Assembly (NCBI GenBank): GCA_007125875.1 | Contig: SLCI01000114.1 | Location: 1 to 37,319, forward strand | Direction of reading: 5' to 3' | Length of the DNA: 37,319 nt | From: Kiritimatiellia bacterium | GTDB taxonomy: Bacteria; Verrucomicrobiota; Kiritimatiellia; SLAD01 | Part shown: one piece after another, positions 24,990-35,093 of the stretch | How positions within the stretch are numbered: the first letter of the stretch is position 1 | How the letters are laid out: each line of letters begins with the position of its first letter | Notes under the pieces: model-generated | Seen by the model: only the letters and a program-made list of their open reading frames with translations | What the model was told of the DNA's origin: nothing | Databases searched by the model: none | Program-made: the position numbers and the translations under genes

Positions 24990-27515
24990 TTATCGTCCAA
25001 TCCGTAGCTCCGAATCGGGAAAGGCGAGCAAGGTGACCTGAGCCCATGCGCGCCACTCGGTATCATCTTCGCCGTCGGCCCGACCGCGCACGCCCAAGGC
25101 AAGTTTGGTGCAATCGAAGCGTCGCTGAACCATGTAGGATTGCTCTTCCAGGTCGCTCTCCTCAATGTCATAGCGCCAGTAGGCGCGGTAGGACCAGCGA
25201 CCGCGCGGGAATAAGACCACCTCGGGCTGCACGGTCTGGCGCCGATCGCGGTTATAGCGGTATTCGACCGAGAAACGACTACGGTCACGGGCATATAAAT
25301 GCAACTGCGTATTAAAGAGGCGCATTTCGTTCTCGTACCAATCGTAGGCCCCGTCGAAATCGACATGAATCCAATCGGCTAAACGCAAACGTGCATCAAA
25401 GAAGAAATCATCGAAATCATTCTCGTCCTCGTCTGGATCAATTCGGAAAATCGTAAATGTGTTGATGTCAATAAAGTCATGAATCCGCGTACGACGTCCT
25501 GCTTGCTGCATAGCTTCTTCTTCGTCCTCCACGTCAATGCTCAAGTCGAAATCATCCAGAATGCGTCGGGCATCTTGTGTCGGGCGCCCACCAGTGCGGC
25601 GGGTCTGCAATTTGTTACGAATACCGAAACGAATCTCATGTCGCTCATCCAGCGCATCAATTCGATCAAATTGGTAGAGATCGCCGGGCACTTCGGACGG
25701 TTCAGGAACCAACGTATAGCGAGCGTAAGGTTCAGCGATATGCCTGAGGCCGCTGCCCAAATAATTGGGACGCTCGTTGATCACGCGGAATGCTTTAAAG
25801 GAAGTGTCGATGCCAAACTCGAATAGGCTACGAAATACCGCGCCGCCATCGGATATTTCGACGCGCTCCGTTTCCTCAAATAGTACCACGCCATCTTCGT
25901 CGACCAAGGGGTCGCCATCCTCATCGAATAGCGGCTCGACGTCGATGAAAACGATTGGATCGGGTGTCGCCGAGTACCAGGTGCCACGATATGCGACGCT
26001 CGGCACAACGGACAGAAACCCGAAATGACGCATGGGATACAGCACGCGATGCAGCGAATCGACGCGAACGGAATCATAGTCTTCACGATCACCCTGTTCG
26101 GGGAAGACTCTCTCCAGATAACTACCACGATGTTCGCTCTCGTAAAAGAATCCGCTGGTGCCCAACTCGAAGCGATTGATGTCCAGTGAGAGTTCGGGCA
26201 AGCGATTGACGTTTTCAAAGAAGTCGTTAAGTCGGAAGTTAAACAACAGACCGGCGGTGTAGCGATTATCTCGTCGGATAAGCGCAACGCGGTTTTCCGG
26301 CTGAACCCCGCGACGAAATTCCCGGTCAAAGAAGTCCTCCAGAATAAAGGGGTCACTGACATAATTGACATCCGACATGAAGTAATTGCGATCGCCCACA
26401 GCTTGCCCATGCCGCAGCCCAATCCAATAGCGATCCGAATCGACCAACCCCTCGCGGACGCGACGCTGGCTTTCGGAGCGAATGGGCCGATCATCATTGA
26501 TGTAGTAGGCCTGAAAACGACCTTGCGCATTGTTTTCAGGCAAACGCCAGCGTACGCGCTGGCCAACACCAACACCACGCTTGGCACGATAGTCTAGCTG
26601 AGTGGAGGCTTTAACGTCCGGCGTTGGATACCAATTGTAGGCCGTGAGCACGAACGGCCCCATTCGGCTGCTGTATCCCGGCATGATCTCAAAGTTGCTG
26701 TCTCGTTCAAAATCCTTCTTGAGGTAGGGCGTATAAAAAATCGGCACGCCGTAAAGATGCGCAACCACGTGGCGCGCACGCAGCACAGAGCCGTCTGTGA
26801 TTGTCGCCTGGCGAGCGCGCAAGGTGAACTCTTGGCGTTGATCACCACTGCATGTAGTCAAACGGGCGCTGCGTAAATGAATGACATCACGCCCGACTTG
26901 TTGCGACTCTCGGGCGCTAATATAGAAGGGATCGGTGAACAAGAGGAAGTCGCCGAAATCGCCCTCTCGTGTTCGAAAATTATAGGCTAGTTCTTCCCCT
27001 TCCCATAATCGATCACCGCGCTGAAAGAATACATCGCCGCGTGCCTTCGCCTCTCGAGTCTCTGTATGGACTTCAATGTAGTCGGCACGAAGTTCGTCAC
27101 CGAACTGAGTCACCACCACGTTGCCGACCCCAATCATCAGCTGTCGATCGGCATCAAACTCGAGCCGATCGGCGGAGATGTCGATGCGATCCTCAGGGGG
27201 CTCAGGCACCGTTTCGACTTCGTCTGCTGGCTCCGCTGGCGCGGGTCGCTGGGCGGGTGCGGGGCGGGGCGCAGGCTCGCGCTCACGGGGTGCAGCAGTC
27301 TCAGGGGGCGTAGGGCTGGGCTCGCGCGGCGCTTCACGAACGGGTACTGGATCAGTAATGACCGGCACAGCACGTTCGGATCGATCGGTTCGATCACCTC
27401 GATCCCGACGAATATATTGGGCTTCAGCAACAGTCAGCGGGGTGAGTACACCCAATAGACATATCACGCGGATGATTCGAACAGATAAAGACATTTGCAC
27501 CTTGAGGAATCGCAT
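24990..27515 (-). CDS. lptD: LPS-assembly protein LptD
   Basis: Signal peptide, jellyroll IDISADRL...GNVVV, LTTC, GVPIFYTPY, PGYSSRMG, beta-barrel C-terminus with late Cys (RFDC). Start may be 27494. Confidence 0.88.
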   Translation of the reverse strand: MRFLKVQMSLSVRIIRVICLLGVLTPLTVAEAQYIRRDRGDRTDRSERAVPVITDPVPVREAPREPSPTPPETAAPREREPAPRPAPAQRPAPAEPADEVETVPEPPEDRIDISADRLEFDADRQLMIGVGNVVVTQFGDELRADYIEVHTETREAKARGDVFFQRGDRLWEGEELAYNFRTREGDFGDFLLFTDPFYISARESQQVGRDVIHLRSARLTTCSGDQRQEFTLRARQATITDGSVLRARHVVAHLYGVPIFYTPYLKKDFERDSNFEIMPGYSSRMGPFVLTAYNWYPTPDVKASTQLDYRAKRGVGVGQRVRWRLPENNAQGRFQAYYINDDRPIRSESQRRVREGLVDSDRYWIGLRHGQAVGDRNYFMSDVNYVSDPFILEDFFDREFRRGVQPENRVALIRRDNRYTAGLLFNFRLNDFFENVNRLPELSLDINRFELGTSGFFYESEHRGSYLERVFPEQGDREDYDSVRVDSLHRVLYPMRHFGFLSVVPSVAYRGTWYSATPDPIVFIDVEPLFDEDGDPLVDEDGVVLFEETERVEISDGGAVFRSLFEFGIDTSFKAFRVINERPNYLGSGLRHIAEPYARYTLVPEPSEVPGDLYQFDRIDALDERHEIRFGIRNKLQTRRTGGRPTQDARRILDDFDLSIDVEDEEEAMQQAGRRTRIHDFIDINTFTIFRIDPDEDENDFDDFFFDARLRLADWIHVDFDGAYDWYENEMRLFNTQLHLYARDRSRFSVEYRYNRDRRQTVQPEVVLFPRGRWSYRAYWRYDIEESDLEEQSYMVQRRFDCTKLALGVRGRADGEDDTEWRAWAQVTLLAFPDSELRIGR

Positions 27516-27530
27516 ACAATACCGGGGCGG

Positions 27531-27559
27531 AAACTACCATAGGCCCATAGTTCAGCCAA
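27531..27559 (-). promoter_or_regulatory. Putative internal sigma70 promoter for lptD
   Basis: Minus strand TTGGCT-17 bp-TAGTTT with extended TG. Confidence 0.4.
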
Positions 27560-28562
27560 GCGATATTATCGGATGGGCGACCAACTGCGCGAAGATATCG
27601 GCTGCGCTAAGGCCATAAAGACAGGCATGATCCTGTTCTTTGCGCAGGCACTGTCGGGAATGACACGGGACACAGGTCAGATCGGATCGTTGCACGACAT
27701 GGGTGCGCCTCCCGAAAGGTCCCGTGCGACGGGGATCGGTTGGCCCAAATAGCGCGAGTACGGGCACATCCAGCGCGGCGGCCATATGCATCGGGCCGGA
27801 ATCAACCGTGACCAGCAAATCCAGCGATTGAATGATGCTACCGAGTTCGACCAGATTGGTGGCACCACAGTGGTTGGTTACGGTATGCTTTGCAGCGAGT
27901 GATTGAACGAGTTGCTCCGATTCAGCTTTATCCGCCGGACTTCCCAAAAGATGCGCCGTCCCACCCCATTGTTTCTGAATCAGTGGAATCAGCTCCTCAA
28001 AGAGCGCGGGCTGGATATTTTTGGTCGGCCATCGCGAGCGCGACACAAAGCCGACATGTGGCCCTTCCCCCGACAGATTCAGCGCGGGAAAAGCAACGGG
28101 GAACGTTGGCTGCTCAGATATCGGTGCGGCGAAATGGCGGGCGATATCGAGCGCCTCATCGACCGCGTGACGGCGTTCGTTCCCTTTAGCATCAGGACGC
28201 TCTTGGTAGGCCCACCGAGCCCCCTCACGCGCATAGGTTGGGCCGATGCGCTGGCGCGTACGCGCCAACCGCGTGACCAAAGCACTTTTCAGCAGACCTT
28301 GGAAATCAAACACGTAGTCATAACGACGCTGTCGCAATTGCAGAATCCACTCGTGAGCCGAGCGCAGTGCGGCGCGACGGGGATAGACTAACACCTCATC
28401 CACATCGCTAAAACAGCCGACCAAATCGCGGTACTCCGGTTGGGTAATCCAGTCGATCTGCAGCCCGAGATGTTCTTTCAGCGCTCGCACAGCGGGCAAT
28501 GGATGGAAGATGTCCCCTAAAGAACTTAGCTTGACCACCAACGCTCGTGCCGGAGTGGACAT
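27552..28562 (-). CDS. Glycosyltransferase family 9 (LPS heptosyltransferase, WaaC/WaaF-like)
   Basis: VKLSSLGD, FDFQGLLKS, TVDSGPMHMAAALDVP..LFGPT. Confidence 0.9.
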   Translation of the reverse strand: MSTPARALVVKLSSLGDIFHPLPAVRALKEHLGLQIDWITQPEYRDLVGCFSDVDEVLVYPRRAALRSAHEWILQLRQRRYDYVFDFQGLLKSALVTRLARTRQRIGPTYAREGARWAYQERPDAKGNERRHAVDEALDIARHFAAPISEQPTFPVAFPALNLSGEGPHVGFVSRSRWPTKNIQPALFEELIPLIQKQWGGTAHLLGSPADKAESEQLVQSLAAKHTVTNHCGATNLVELGSIIQSLDLLVTVDSGPMHMAAALDVPVLALFGPTDPRRTGPFGRRTHVVQRSDLTCVPCHSRQCLRKEQDHACLYGLSAADIFAQLVAHPIISLG

Positions 28563-28568
28563 ATCCGC

Positions 28569-29516
28569 CTATGCCGATTGATTCGTCGCGGCCTCAATCA
28601 ACTTCAGCATGACCGCATTCTGTGCGTGCAAGCGATTCTCAGCCTGATCGAAAACGACAGATTGCGGTCCATCAATGACACCGGCTGTTTGCTCATAGCC
28701 GCGCATGGCCGGCAAACAGTTCATGAAGATGGCCTCGGGACCGGCCGCAGCCATGAGCGCTTCGTTGACCTGGTAGGGCGTAAATAGTTCTACGCGCTCC
28801 TGTAATTGGTCTTTGGGAATGTGATAACTCATCCAGGAGTCGGTATAGACGACGTCGGCCGCCTGCGCCGCCTCTTCAGCGTCGCTGGTCACGGTCACTT
28901 CTGTTCCTGCCGCTTTGGCCCAGCGCTGCGCAATTTCAACGACCTCGGGTTGAGGCGCGTACTCGGCGCCGGCCGGACAGCCAACGGCAACATTCATACC
29001 AGCCATGCTGCAGCCGATCATCAACGAATGCGTAACATTGTTATTGCTGTCACCGAAATAAGCCAACTTCAACCCACGCAGGTCGCCCTTCTTTTCACGA
29101 ATCGTCAGTAAATCAGCAAGGATTTGGCAAGGATGCGCTAAATCGGTTAGGGCATTGATAATCGGAACAGAGGCATGTTGTGCGAGCTCTTCGATGTCGC
29201 TGTGCTTGAAGAGCCGAGCCATGACGATATCAACATAGCGACTGAATGTTTTGGCGGTGTCATGCAAGGTTTCTTTGCCTGCGCCCATTGGTGAGGTGCT
29301 GGTATCGTAATAGATCGCGTGCCCGCCCATTCGCGTCATACCGGTCTCGAACGAGAGCCGGGTACGTAAGCTGGGTTTTTCAAAGATCATCAGTAGCGTG
29401 CGACGCTGCATCGCGTTGGCATACTGATCAGGCGCACGCTTAATGTCAGCGGCCAGCTCCAAGGTCGCCTCGATCAAGTCGGGCGTCCAATCATCTAAGG
29501 TCAGTAAGTGGCGCAT
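28569..29516 (-). CDS. argF: Ornithine carbamoyltransferase (atypical clade)
   Basis: FEKPSLRTR, HPCQILAD, QAENRLH; variant DSWMSYH and NCLP motifs. Confidence 0.9.
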   Translation of the reverse strand: MRHLLTLDDWTPDLIEATLELAADIKRAPDQYANAMQRRTLLMIFEKPSLRTRLSFETGMTRMGGHAIYYDTSTSPMGAGKETLHDTAKTFSRYVDIVMARLFKHSDIEELAQHASVPIINALTDLAHPCQILADLLTIREKKGDLRGLKLAYFGDSNNNVTHSLMIGCSMAGMNVAVGCPAGAEYAPQPEVVEIAQRWAKAAGTEVTVTSDAEEAAQAADVVYTDSWMSYHIPKDQLQERVELFTPYQVNEALMAAAGPEAIFMNCLPAMRGYEQTAGVIDGPQSVVFDQAENRLHAQNAVMLKLIEAATNQSA

Positions 29517-29533
29517 ACGTGAAAATGTCCTTT

Positions 29534-30613
29534 CTATGCCATTGATCCGGAGGCGACGCGACGATCCGTCCAGCAGATCTTATGAATAAACTTAATTTTT
29601 GAAGCGACCGCATCAACCAGAATTTCCGGCACCGTATCGAGCAGCCCCATGGTGCGACTCATTTCATTTAATGCGATGCCGAGCTGTTGATACTGCGTCA
29701 TCATACTACTCATGTCATCCAGATTAAACGCTTGCGGCGCTAGAAGCCCGATGTGCGTCGCGGTCTCCAAGGCGCTGACCATATCCAGAAACACCGCAAA
29801 GGTCTCCGCCCAATCTTCCCACGGATGCATGGATGCGTAGGCCGTGACAAAGGATCGCGGCCAATCTGGACGCGGACCACGCGAATGATAGAGGTCCAAC
29901 GCTTCGCTGTATGAGGGTTTAAACGGGTCGCCAAACTCACGCCTGAAAATCTCTTCGTTTTGCCCCTTGATCAAGACATCCCAATAGTAATGTCCGATCT
30001 CATGACGGAAATGGCCTATCAGCGTCCGATGCGCCTCGCCCATATCTACGCGCAGTCGCTCTCGTTCCACTTCATCAGCTTCACGAATATTAATGGTGAT
30101 TTTGCCATTTGCATGGCCCGTGTACACGCGCTCCTCATTCCCCATGTAGCGCCAAAAGTCCTGACTGGGAATAATGTCCGCCTTGAAGTCGAACGACAGC
30201 GGCGGATTGGTTCCTTCCATTGCCGTGCCGTGCGGCAAGCCCAGCAGCTCAAGGTCATAGAATAAACGACGCTTCGCCGCCTCAAGGCGATACCACTTGT
30301 CTAAATTGCCCGGTACCGACAAATCAGGAATGGTTTGATTGTAACGACAACAATCACAAAAGTTGGACGGCTCAATACCATTTTCCGGCACAACAATGCA
30401 GCGATTACACACATTGTACTCGGCATAATTCGCACATTTTTTAAGCAGAACTTTGCACGAAGGATTGGCGCACCGATACGTGCCATCACTTAAGGCATTC
30501 AGCGGCGTGATGGACTTACAGGACGGACAATAGCCCAGTTCTGCGCCGCATTTGATGCACTGGCTATTCTCAAAAAAGAGCGTTTGCCCGCAATTACATG
30601 AAAAGGTTCTCAT
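29534..30613 (-). CDS. Zinc-ribbon plus zinc-binding metallopeptidase (Peptidase_Mx type)
   Basis: Cys-rich N-terminus (CNCG..LFFEN..C..C), TGHANG, RTLIGHFRHEIGHYYW (HExxH), YASMHPWEDWAETF. Confidence 0.88.
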   Translation of the reverse strand: MRTFSCNCGQTLFFENSQCIKCGAELGYCPSCKSITPLNALSDGTYRCANPSCKVLLKKCANYAEYNVCNRCIVVPENGIEPSNFCDCCRYNQTIPDLSVPGNLDKWYRLEAAKRRLFYDLELLGLPHGTAMEGTNPPLSFDFKADIIPSQDFWRYMGNEERVYTGHANGKITINIREADEVERERLRVDMGEAHRTLIGHFRHEIGHYYWDVLIKGQNEEIFRREFGDPFKPSYSEALDLYHSRGPRPDWPRSFVTAYASMHPWEDWAETFAVFLDMVSALETATHIGLLAPQAFNLDDMSSMMTQYQQLGIALNEMSRTMGLLDTVPEILVDAVASKIKFIHKICWTDRRVASGSMA

Positions 30614-32340
30614 AACGACAAAATCTGCCAGCTACGGGCAGAAATTGCCAGTGTACCTGCCACCACTCGCTGCCCTGAATTGTACCACAGGTCTTTTCCA
30701 GCTGGCGAGGAGGGATATTGGATGTCCTTGTCGGACATGTTGAATAGCGCAAGTATCTTTTGCTTCTTGTGGGTGCGTATGAGACCAAGTAAACGAGGCC
30801 GCCCCGTTGCAAACCATTCAAATGCGCCGCGGCGCAATGCGATGTGATCATGCCGCAAGCGGATGGCTTGCTGGAAAAACGCAAACAACTCGTGATCCGG
30901 CGCGCGCGGCGTGGGGTGATCGAGCGGCTTGCCGCCGGGCCCATGCGACTCGGCCTCATAACGGATATCGTCCCAGAACATCGGTTGCCGATTGTCCGGA
31001 TCATTTGCGCCCCACATTCCGACCTCATCACCGTAGTAGATCATAGGTGCGCCGGGATAAATCATTTGAAAAATCACGAGCTGGCGCAGGGCCTGCCATG
31101 CTGCGGGTCCCGGACGCGCGGCACGAAAGGTCGGTGATTGCTTCACCCGCGCAACATGGAAGTAATCCTCCCAATCCTTAATCGGCAATTGACTATTCTC
31201 CAGCATCGAAACGATCCGCCCTACGTCGTGTGAACCAAGCAGATTCTGCAGGACTGGCGTGACAGGTTCGGGATACGCTGCACGCAAACGGTCCAGTCGC
31301 TTTTTGAAGGTAGACATTGGAAGCGGCTTTTCTTGCGGCCTGAAGTAGGCAGCTGATGGATAAAGCCACATATAGTTCATTACCGCATCGAATTGATCGC
31401 CTTGCACGTAGTCGCGCCCGTCCGCCACGATTTCCGCTGTCACGTAGGCTTCCGGATTGATCGATTTCACGTGTTTGCGCCAAGCCTGCCAAAATCCGTG
31501 AGGGACACAGAACGCAACGTCCAAGCGCCAACCATCGATGCCCTTGCTTAAGTCCCCATTGCCTTCCGGATCCATCCAGCGCTTGGTAATGTCGAACACG
31601 TATTGGCGTACCGGCGGGATCAAATCATCTTTGGTCCGATTGAATTCCGGTAACGAATGGTGTCCAAACCAACCATCATATACGGGGCTACCGTCCGGAT
31701 TCCATTTCTTGATCATATACCAATCGGCATAACGCGACGCGCGTCCATGCCTCAAAATGTCATCGAAGGCGAAGAATTCGCGACCGGTATGGTTGAAGAC
31801 ACCGTCGAGGATGATACGCATACCGCGGTTGTGCACTTCGCGGATCAAATCCAACAAACAGCGATCCGCCGCCGTCCAGATCCAGCTTGCGGGATCCTCC
31901 GTTTCTTTAGCTGCGGCCAGCGCTTTGAGGTCCCCTGCCCGATCCGGCCCGAAGGTGGGGTCAACGTGGTGAAAGGTTGCACCGTCATATTTATGCATCG
32001 AGCGCGCTGTAAATACGGGATTCAGATAGAGCGCATTCACGCCCAGCTCTTGCAGATAATCTAGCTTTTCAATGATCCCGACCAAGTCGCCACCGTAGCG
32101 ACGGGCAAAGATCGCATATTTTTGCCCATGATCCTTCACCCACGTATCCGGCGCATACCAGTCACGCCCCCACGGCGTCACCTTCCAACCCGGAACCTTG
32201 TAATCGGTGATGTCGGTGCGACGCGGATTGCTGGCGGGACACCCGTTACGGAAACGCTCAGGAAAAATTTGATACCAAACCGCATCCTGCGCCCAATCCG
32301 GAACAACGCATTTGATCTTTTGCTGTTTTAGTTTGCCCAT
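30610..32340 (-). CDS. Glycoside hydrolase family 13 (neopullulanase/cyclomaltodextrinase-like)
   Basis: WYQIFPERF, GGDL.GI.EKLDYL, LDGVFNH, GWRLDVA, AEI, SHD, YYGDEVG. No signal peptide. Confidence 0.93.
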   Translation of the reverse strand: MGKLKQQKIKCVVPDWAQDAVWYQIFPERFRNGCPASNPRRTDITDYKVPGWKVTPWGRDWYAPDTWVKDHGQKYAIFARRYGGDLVGIIEKLDYLQELGVNALYLNPVFTARSMHKYDGATFHHVDPTFGPDRAGDLKALAAAKETEDPASWIWTAADRCLLDLIREVHNRGMRIILDGVFNHTGREFFAFDDILRHGRASRYADWYMIKKWNPDGSPVYDGWFGHHSLPEFNRTKDDLIPPVRQYVFDITKRWMDPEGNGDLSKGIDGWRLDVAFCVPHGFWQAWRKHVKSINPEAYVTAEIVADGRDYVQGDQFDAVMNYMWLYPSAAYFRPQEKPLPMSTFKKRLDRLRAAYPEPVTPVLQNLLGSHDVGRIVSMLENSQLPIKDWEDYFHVARVKQSPTFRAARPGPAAWQALRQLVIFQMIYPGAPMIYYGDEVGMWGANDPDNRQPMFWDDIRYEAESHGPGGKPLDHPTPRAPDHELFAFFQQAIRLRHDHIALRRGAFEWFATGRPRLLGLIRTHKKQKILALFNMSDKDIQYPSSPAGKDLWYNSGQRVVAGTLAISARSWQILSL

Positions 32341-32389
32341 TTTGAGTCCTCCATCCCTTCTATGACCCTTATAAAGTCTATGTCCCCAT

Positions 32390-32806
32390 TCAGTGACCGA
32401 TTTCGGCCAGTTCCTGCGGATTCATATTGCGTTGGCGCGAGAAATTGAAGCCCCAGGTCGGTTCTCCTTCGACCGTCAGCCACACTTTTGTGCCATCTTC
32501 AGACCAGCGCAAGCGTTCGCCAAGATCAATACGTAGGTCGTCATTCAGGGGCGGTGAATAGTGGGCTGTTTGCCAGAACCAACCCTCTTTAACTTTCACA
32601 ACGAAATGATGCCGCATGTAGACGCTGCGATAAAGGCGGGCGGAACGCTGACAGTCAGGCGCGTCCAACTGTTGCACCAGCCACATGGGGGGAACAAAGA
32701 TACGCGCGGCAAACCATAGCGCAATCACCGCCAACAGCAGCAGGAGTACCCATCGCGGGACCCACAACCCATCCTGCCTTACGAGCTGGCTATAATTTCG
32801 CACCAT
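32390..32806 (-). CDS. Hypothetical membrane-anchored protein
   Basis: Abuts the rseP stop, one N-terminal TM helix followed by a beta-rich domain. Confidence 0.7.
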   Translation of the reverse strand: MVRNYSQLVRQDGLWVPRWVLLLLLAVIALWFAARIFVPPMWLVQQLDAPDCQRSARLYRSVYMRHHFVVKVKEGWFWQTAHYSPPLNDDLRIDLGERLRWSEDGTKVWLTVEGEPTWGFNFSRQRNMNPQELAEIGH

Positions 32807-34207
32807 CTAGTCTTGGCCAGGCTCAGGCTCGTCTTCAGGATCAGCTTCGTCGTCAACGACTTCCTCGGCTACGGGAGCCGAACTCGACCGTCCGACCCAA
32901 CCGAGACGGGTCACATCGCGGAAGGACAAATAGAGCATCGCAAAAATCAGCAAGAACCAACAGGCCGTCATCAGAGCTGTCTTGAATTTGGCGTTGATGC
33001 GACGACGCGTGATGACTTCATACAGAGAGAAGACGATGTGTCCCCCGTCCAGCACGGGGATCGGCATGAGATTCAAGATGGCCAGATTAACGTTCAGCAA
33101 ACAGGTAAACCAAAGCGCCATCGCGAAACTATTCTGGACCATGTCCCACAGACTTTTCAAAATGAATACCGGACCTGCCAGCGCACTGGCCGCCATCCCG
33201 GAGGTGGACGGCGTGACGAGTGCCCCCAAAACACGGAAGATGAGGGTAGAAAACTCGCGAATCAGCTCGGTCGGACGTGGATGAATGACCTCGTCGTAGT
33301 CCACGGCCCACGGATTGAATCGGATACCAATCATGGCCCGGTCCATCTCGTCATCATGTTCCGGCGTGACAGGAAACGTTAGATGCTCTCCGTCTCGACG
33401 CACGGTAATCGGAACGGTTTGCCCGCCGAGTTCCGATACAATCTTGCTCAGGTGAGTTGGACTGAAAATAGGTTGCTCGTTAATCTCGAGCACGCGATCA
33501 CCCGCCTGAAGTCCGGCTCGCTCAGCAGGTGAATCGGGGATCAACTGGAGCACTTCTGCATAGCTAATGCCGGCGATTCCCCAGACACTACGTAGCCCCA
33601 TGTGATCGTCCGTCGTATCGATGGTGGCTTCGAAAACGGTACCATCTTCACGCTCGACGGTGAGGTGAACGGTCTCAGACAGGGCCGCTTCGACCAAAAT
33701 GTCCTGCCAGTTGCCGACGGTCGAACCATTAACGGTAATGATCCGATCCCCTGGTCGAATGCCTTGCCGAAACTCTTCACTCTCCTCCATCACAAAACCG
33801 ACAATGGTATTGCGCTCACTCGGTTGGGAAGGTTTGCCAATAAAAAAGATGATCCAAGCTACTAAGAAGGCCAGGATGATATTACCTACAGCACCTGCCA
33901 GCGCGACGGGGATTTTTTTCCAAGGCGCCACATCTGGTAAGGGTTGCCCATCCTCGGACTCATAATTCTCTTCAATCTGAGGATCCATTTGCGGCAGCGC
34001 GACATACCCGCCAAACGGAATAATACCGACCTTATATAAGACCCCGTCTTTTTTCTTGCTCCAAATGGCCGGACCGAAACCGATCGCGAACGCGTCAATT
34101 TTCATGCCGTAGTAGCGAGCGACCAGAAAATGTCCGAGCTCATGAATAAAGATGGTCAGGCCGAATAACAGCATGACCACGATCAACGTGTAGAGTGCCA
34201 ACAACAT
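32807..34207 (-). CDS. rseP: RIP metalloprotease RseP (site-2 protease, two PDZ domains)
   Basis: IHELGHF, IPFGGYV, PDZ repeats, NLMPIPVLDGGH. Confidence 0.95.
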   Translation of the reverse strand: MLLALYTLIVVMLLFGLTIFIHELGHFLVARYYGMKIDAFAIGFGPAIWSKKKDGVLYKVGIIPFGGYVALPQMDPQIEENYESEDGQPLPDVAPWKKIPVALAGAVGNIILAFLVAWIIFFIGKPSQPSERNTIVGFVMEESEEFRQGIRPGDRIITVNGSTVGNWQDILVEAALSETVHLTVEREDGTVFEATIDTTDDHMGLRSVWGIAGISYAEVLQLIPDSPAERAGLQAGDRVLEINEQPIFSPTHLSKIVSELGGQTVPITVRRDGEHLTFPVTPEHDDEMDRAMIGIRFNPWAVDYDEVIHPRPTELIREFSTLIFRVLGALVTPSTSGMAASALAGPVFILKSLWDMVQNSFAMALWFTCLLNVNLAILNLMPIPVLDGGHIVFSLYEVITRRRINAKFKTALMTACWFLLIFAMLYLSFRDVTRLGWVGRSSSAPVAEEVVDDEADPEDEPEPGQD

Positions 34208-34238
34208 AGTGAAACCTAGCTTCCTTGGAGACGCGGCA

Positions 34239-35093
34239 TTACAGCATGCCTGCGAGCATCAAAAACAAATAGAGGACCGGGGCCGCAAAAATGAGGCTAT
34301 CCAGCACATCCATTACCCCGCCCATTCCTTTAAAGATTGAGCCGGAGTCTTTTACCTCTGCCGCCCGCTTCATCAGTGACTCAATGAGATCGCCAATAAT
34401 GCCAGTGACGGGCAACACGATACCCAGTATCGCCGCATGTGCAACTGTGAAAGTGACCGGACCGATTTGCCCGCTTGTTATCCACCAGAAGATCAAACTC
34501 GTGGCCAACCCACCCAGCACACCGCCTGCGCACCCTTCCCAAGTCTTGGCAGGTGATATGCGCGGGATCAATTTATGACGGCCGATGCTGCAGCCCGTAA
34601 AGTAGGCCGCCATATCTGTCACTTTCACGACCAGAATCATGTAAAAAAGCAGAAAGCGACCATCTCCCTGATCCACAGGCCACTGCATCAACAACTTGGT
34701 CAAAAAGTTGAGCAGAAACGAAACGTAAAGCAGGCCGAGAAACGTGCCACCCAATTGCTGTAGTGGTTTTGTCGACTGACGGTCAAAACAGGCGTGCATA
34801 AAGACCGCAAACACGACCAGGGCAAGTAGCGTGCCTTCCAGTTGACTCACTGAAGCGGGGAACAACTCGTAGTGATATTGCAAGCCGCTCAGCAAAATCA
34901 GCACCAGCCCCCCCACTATCCCAGTGGAGCGATAGGCTTTTATATCCGCATGCGCCAACAGCGCATAAAACTCCCACAACATTAATGTGGCCAGAACCGG
35001 AATGATTAAAAAGACCCCAAGCAGGGGCAGAAATAGTGCCCCGGTCAGCAGGGCAATCATCATGGCACCGTAGAGTACGCGCTGCTTGATCAT
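34239..35093 (-). CDS. cdsA: Phosphatidate cytidylyltransferase
   Basis: DMAAYFTG, ISPAKTWEG, GDLIESLMKR...KDSG..GMGGVMDVLDS. Confidence 0.95.
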   Translation of the reverse strand: MIKQRVLYGAMMIALLTGALFLPLLGVFLIIPVLATLMLWEFYALLAHADIKAYRSTGIVGGLVLILLSGLQYHYELFPASVSQLEGTLLALVVFAVFMHACFDRQSTKPLQQLGGTFLGLLYVSFLLNFLTKLLMQWPVDQGDGRFLLFYMILVVKVTDMAAYFTGCSIGRHKLIPRISPAKTWEGCAGGVLGGLATSLIFWWITSGQIGPVTFTVAHAAILGIVLPVTGIIGDLIESLMKRAAEVKDSGSIFKGMGGVMDVLDSLIFAAPVLYLFLMLAGML

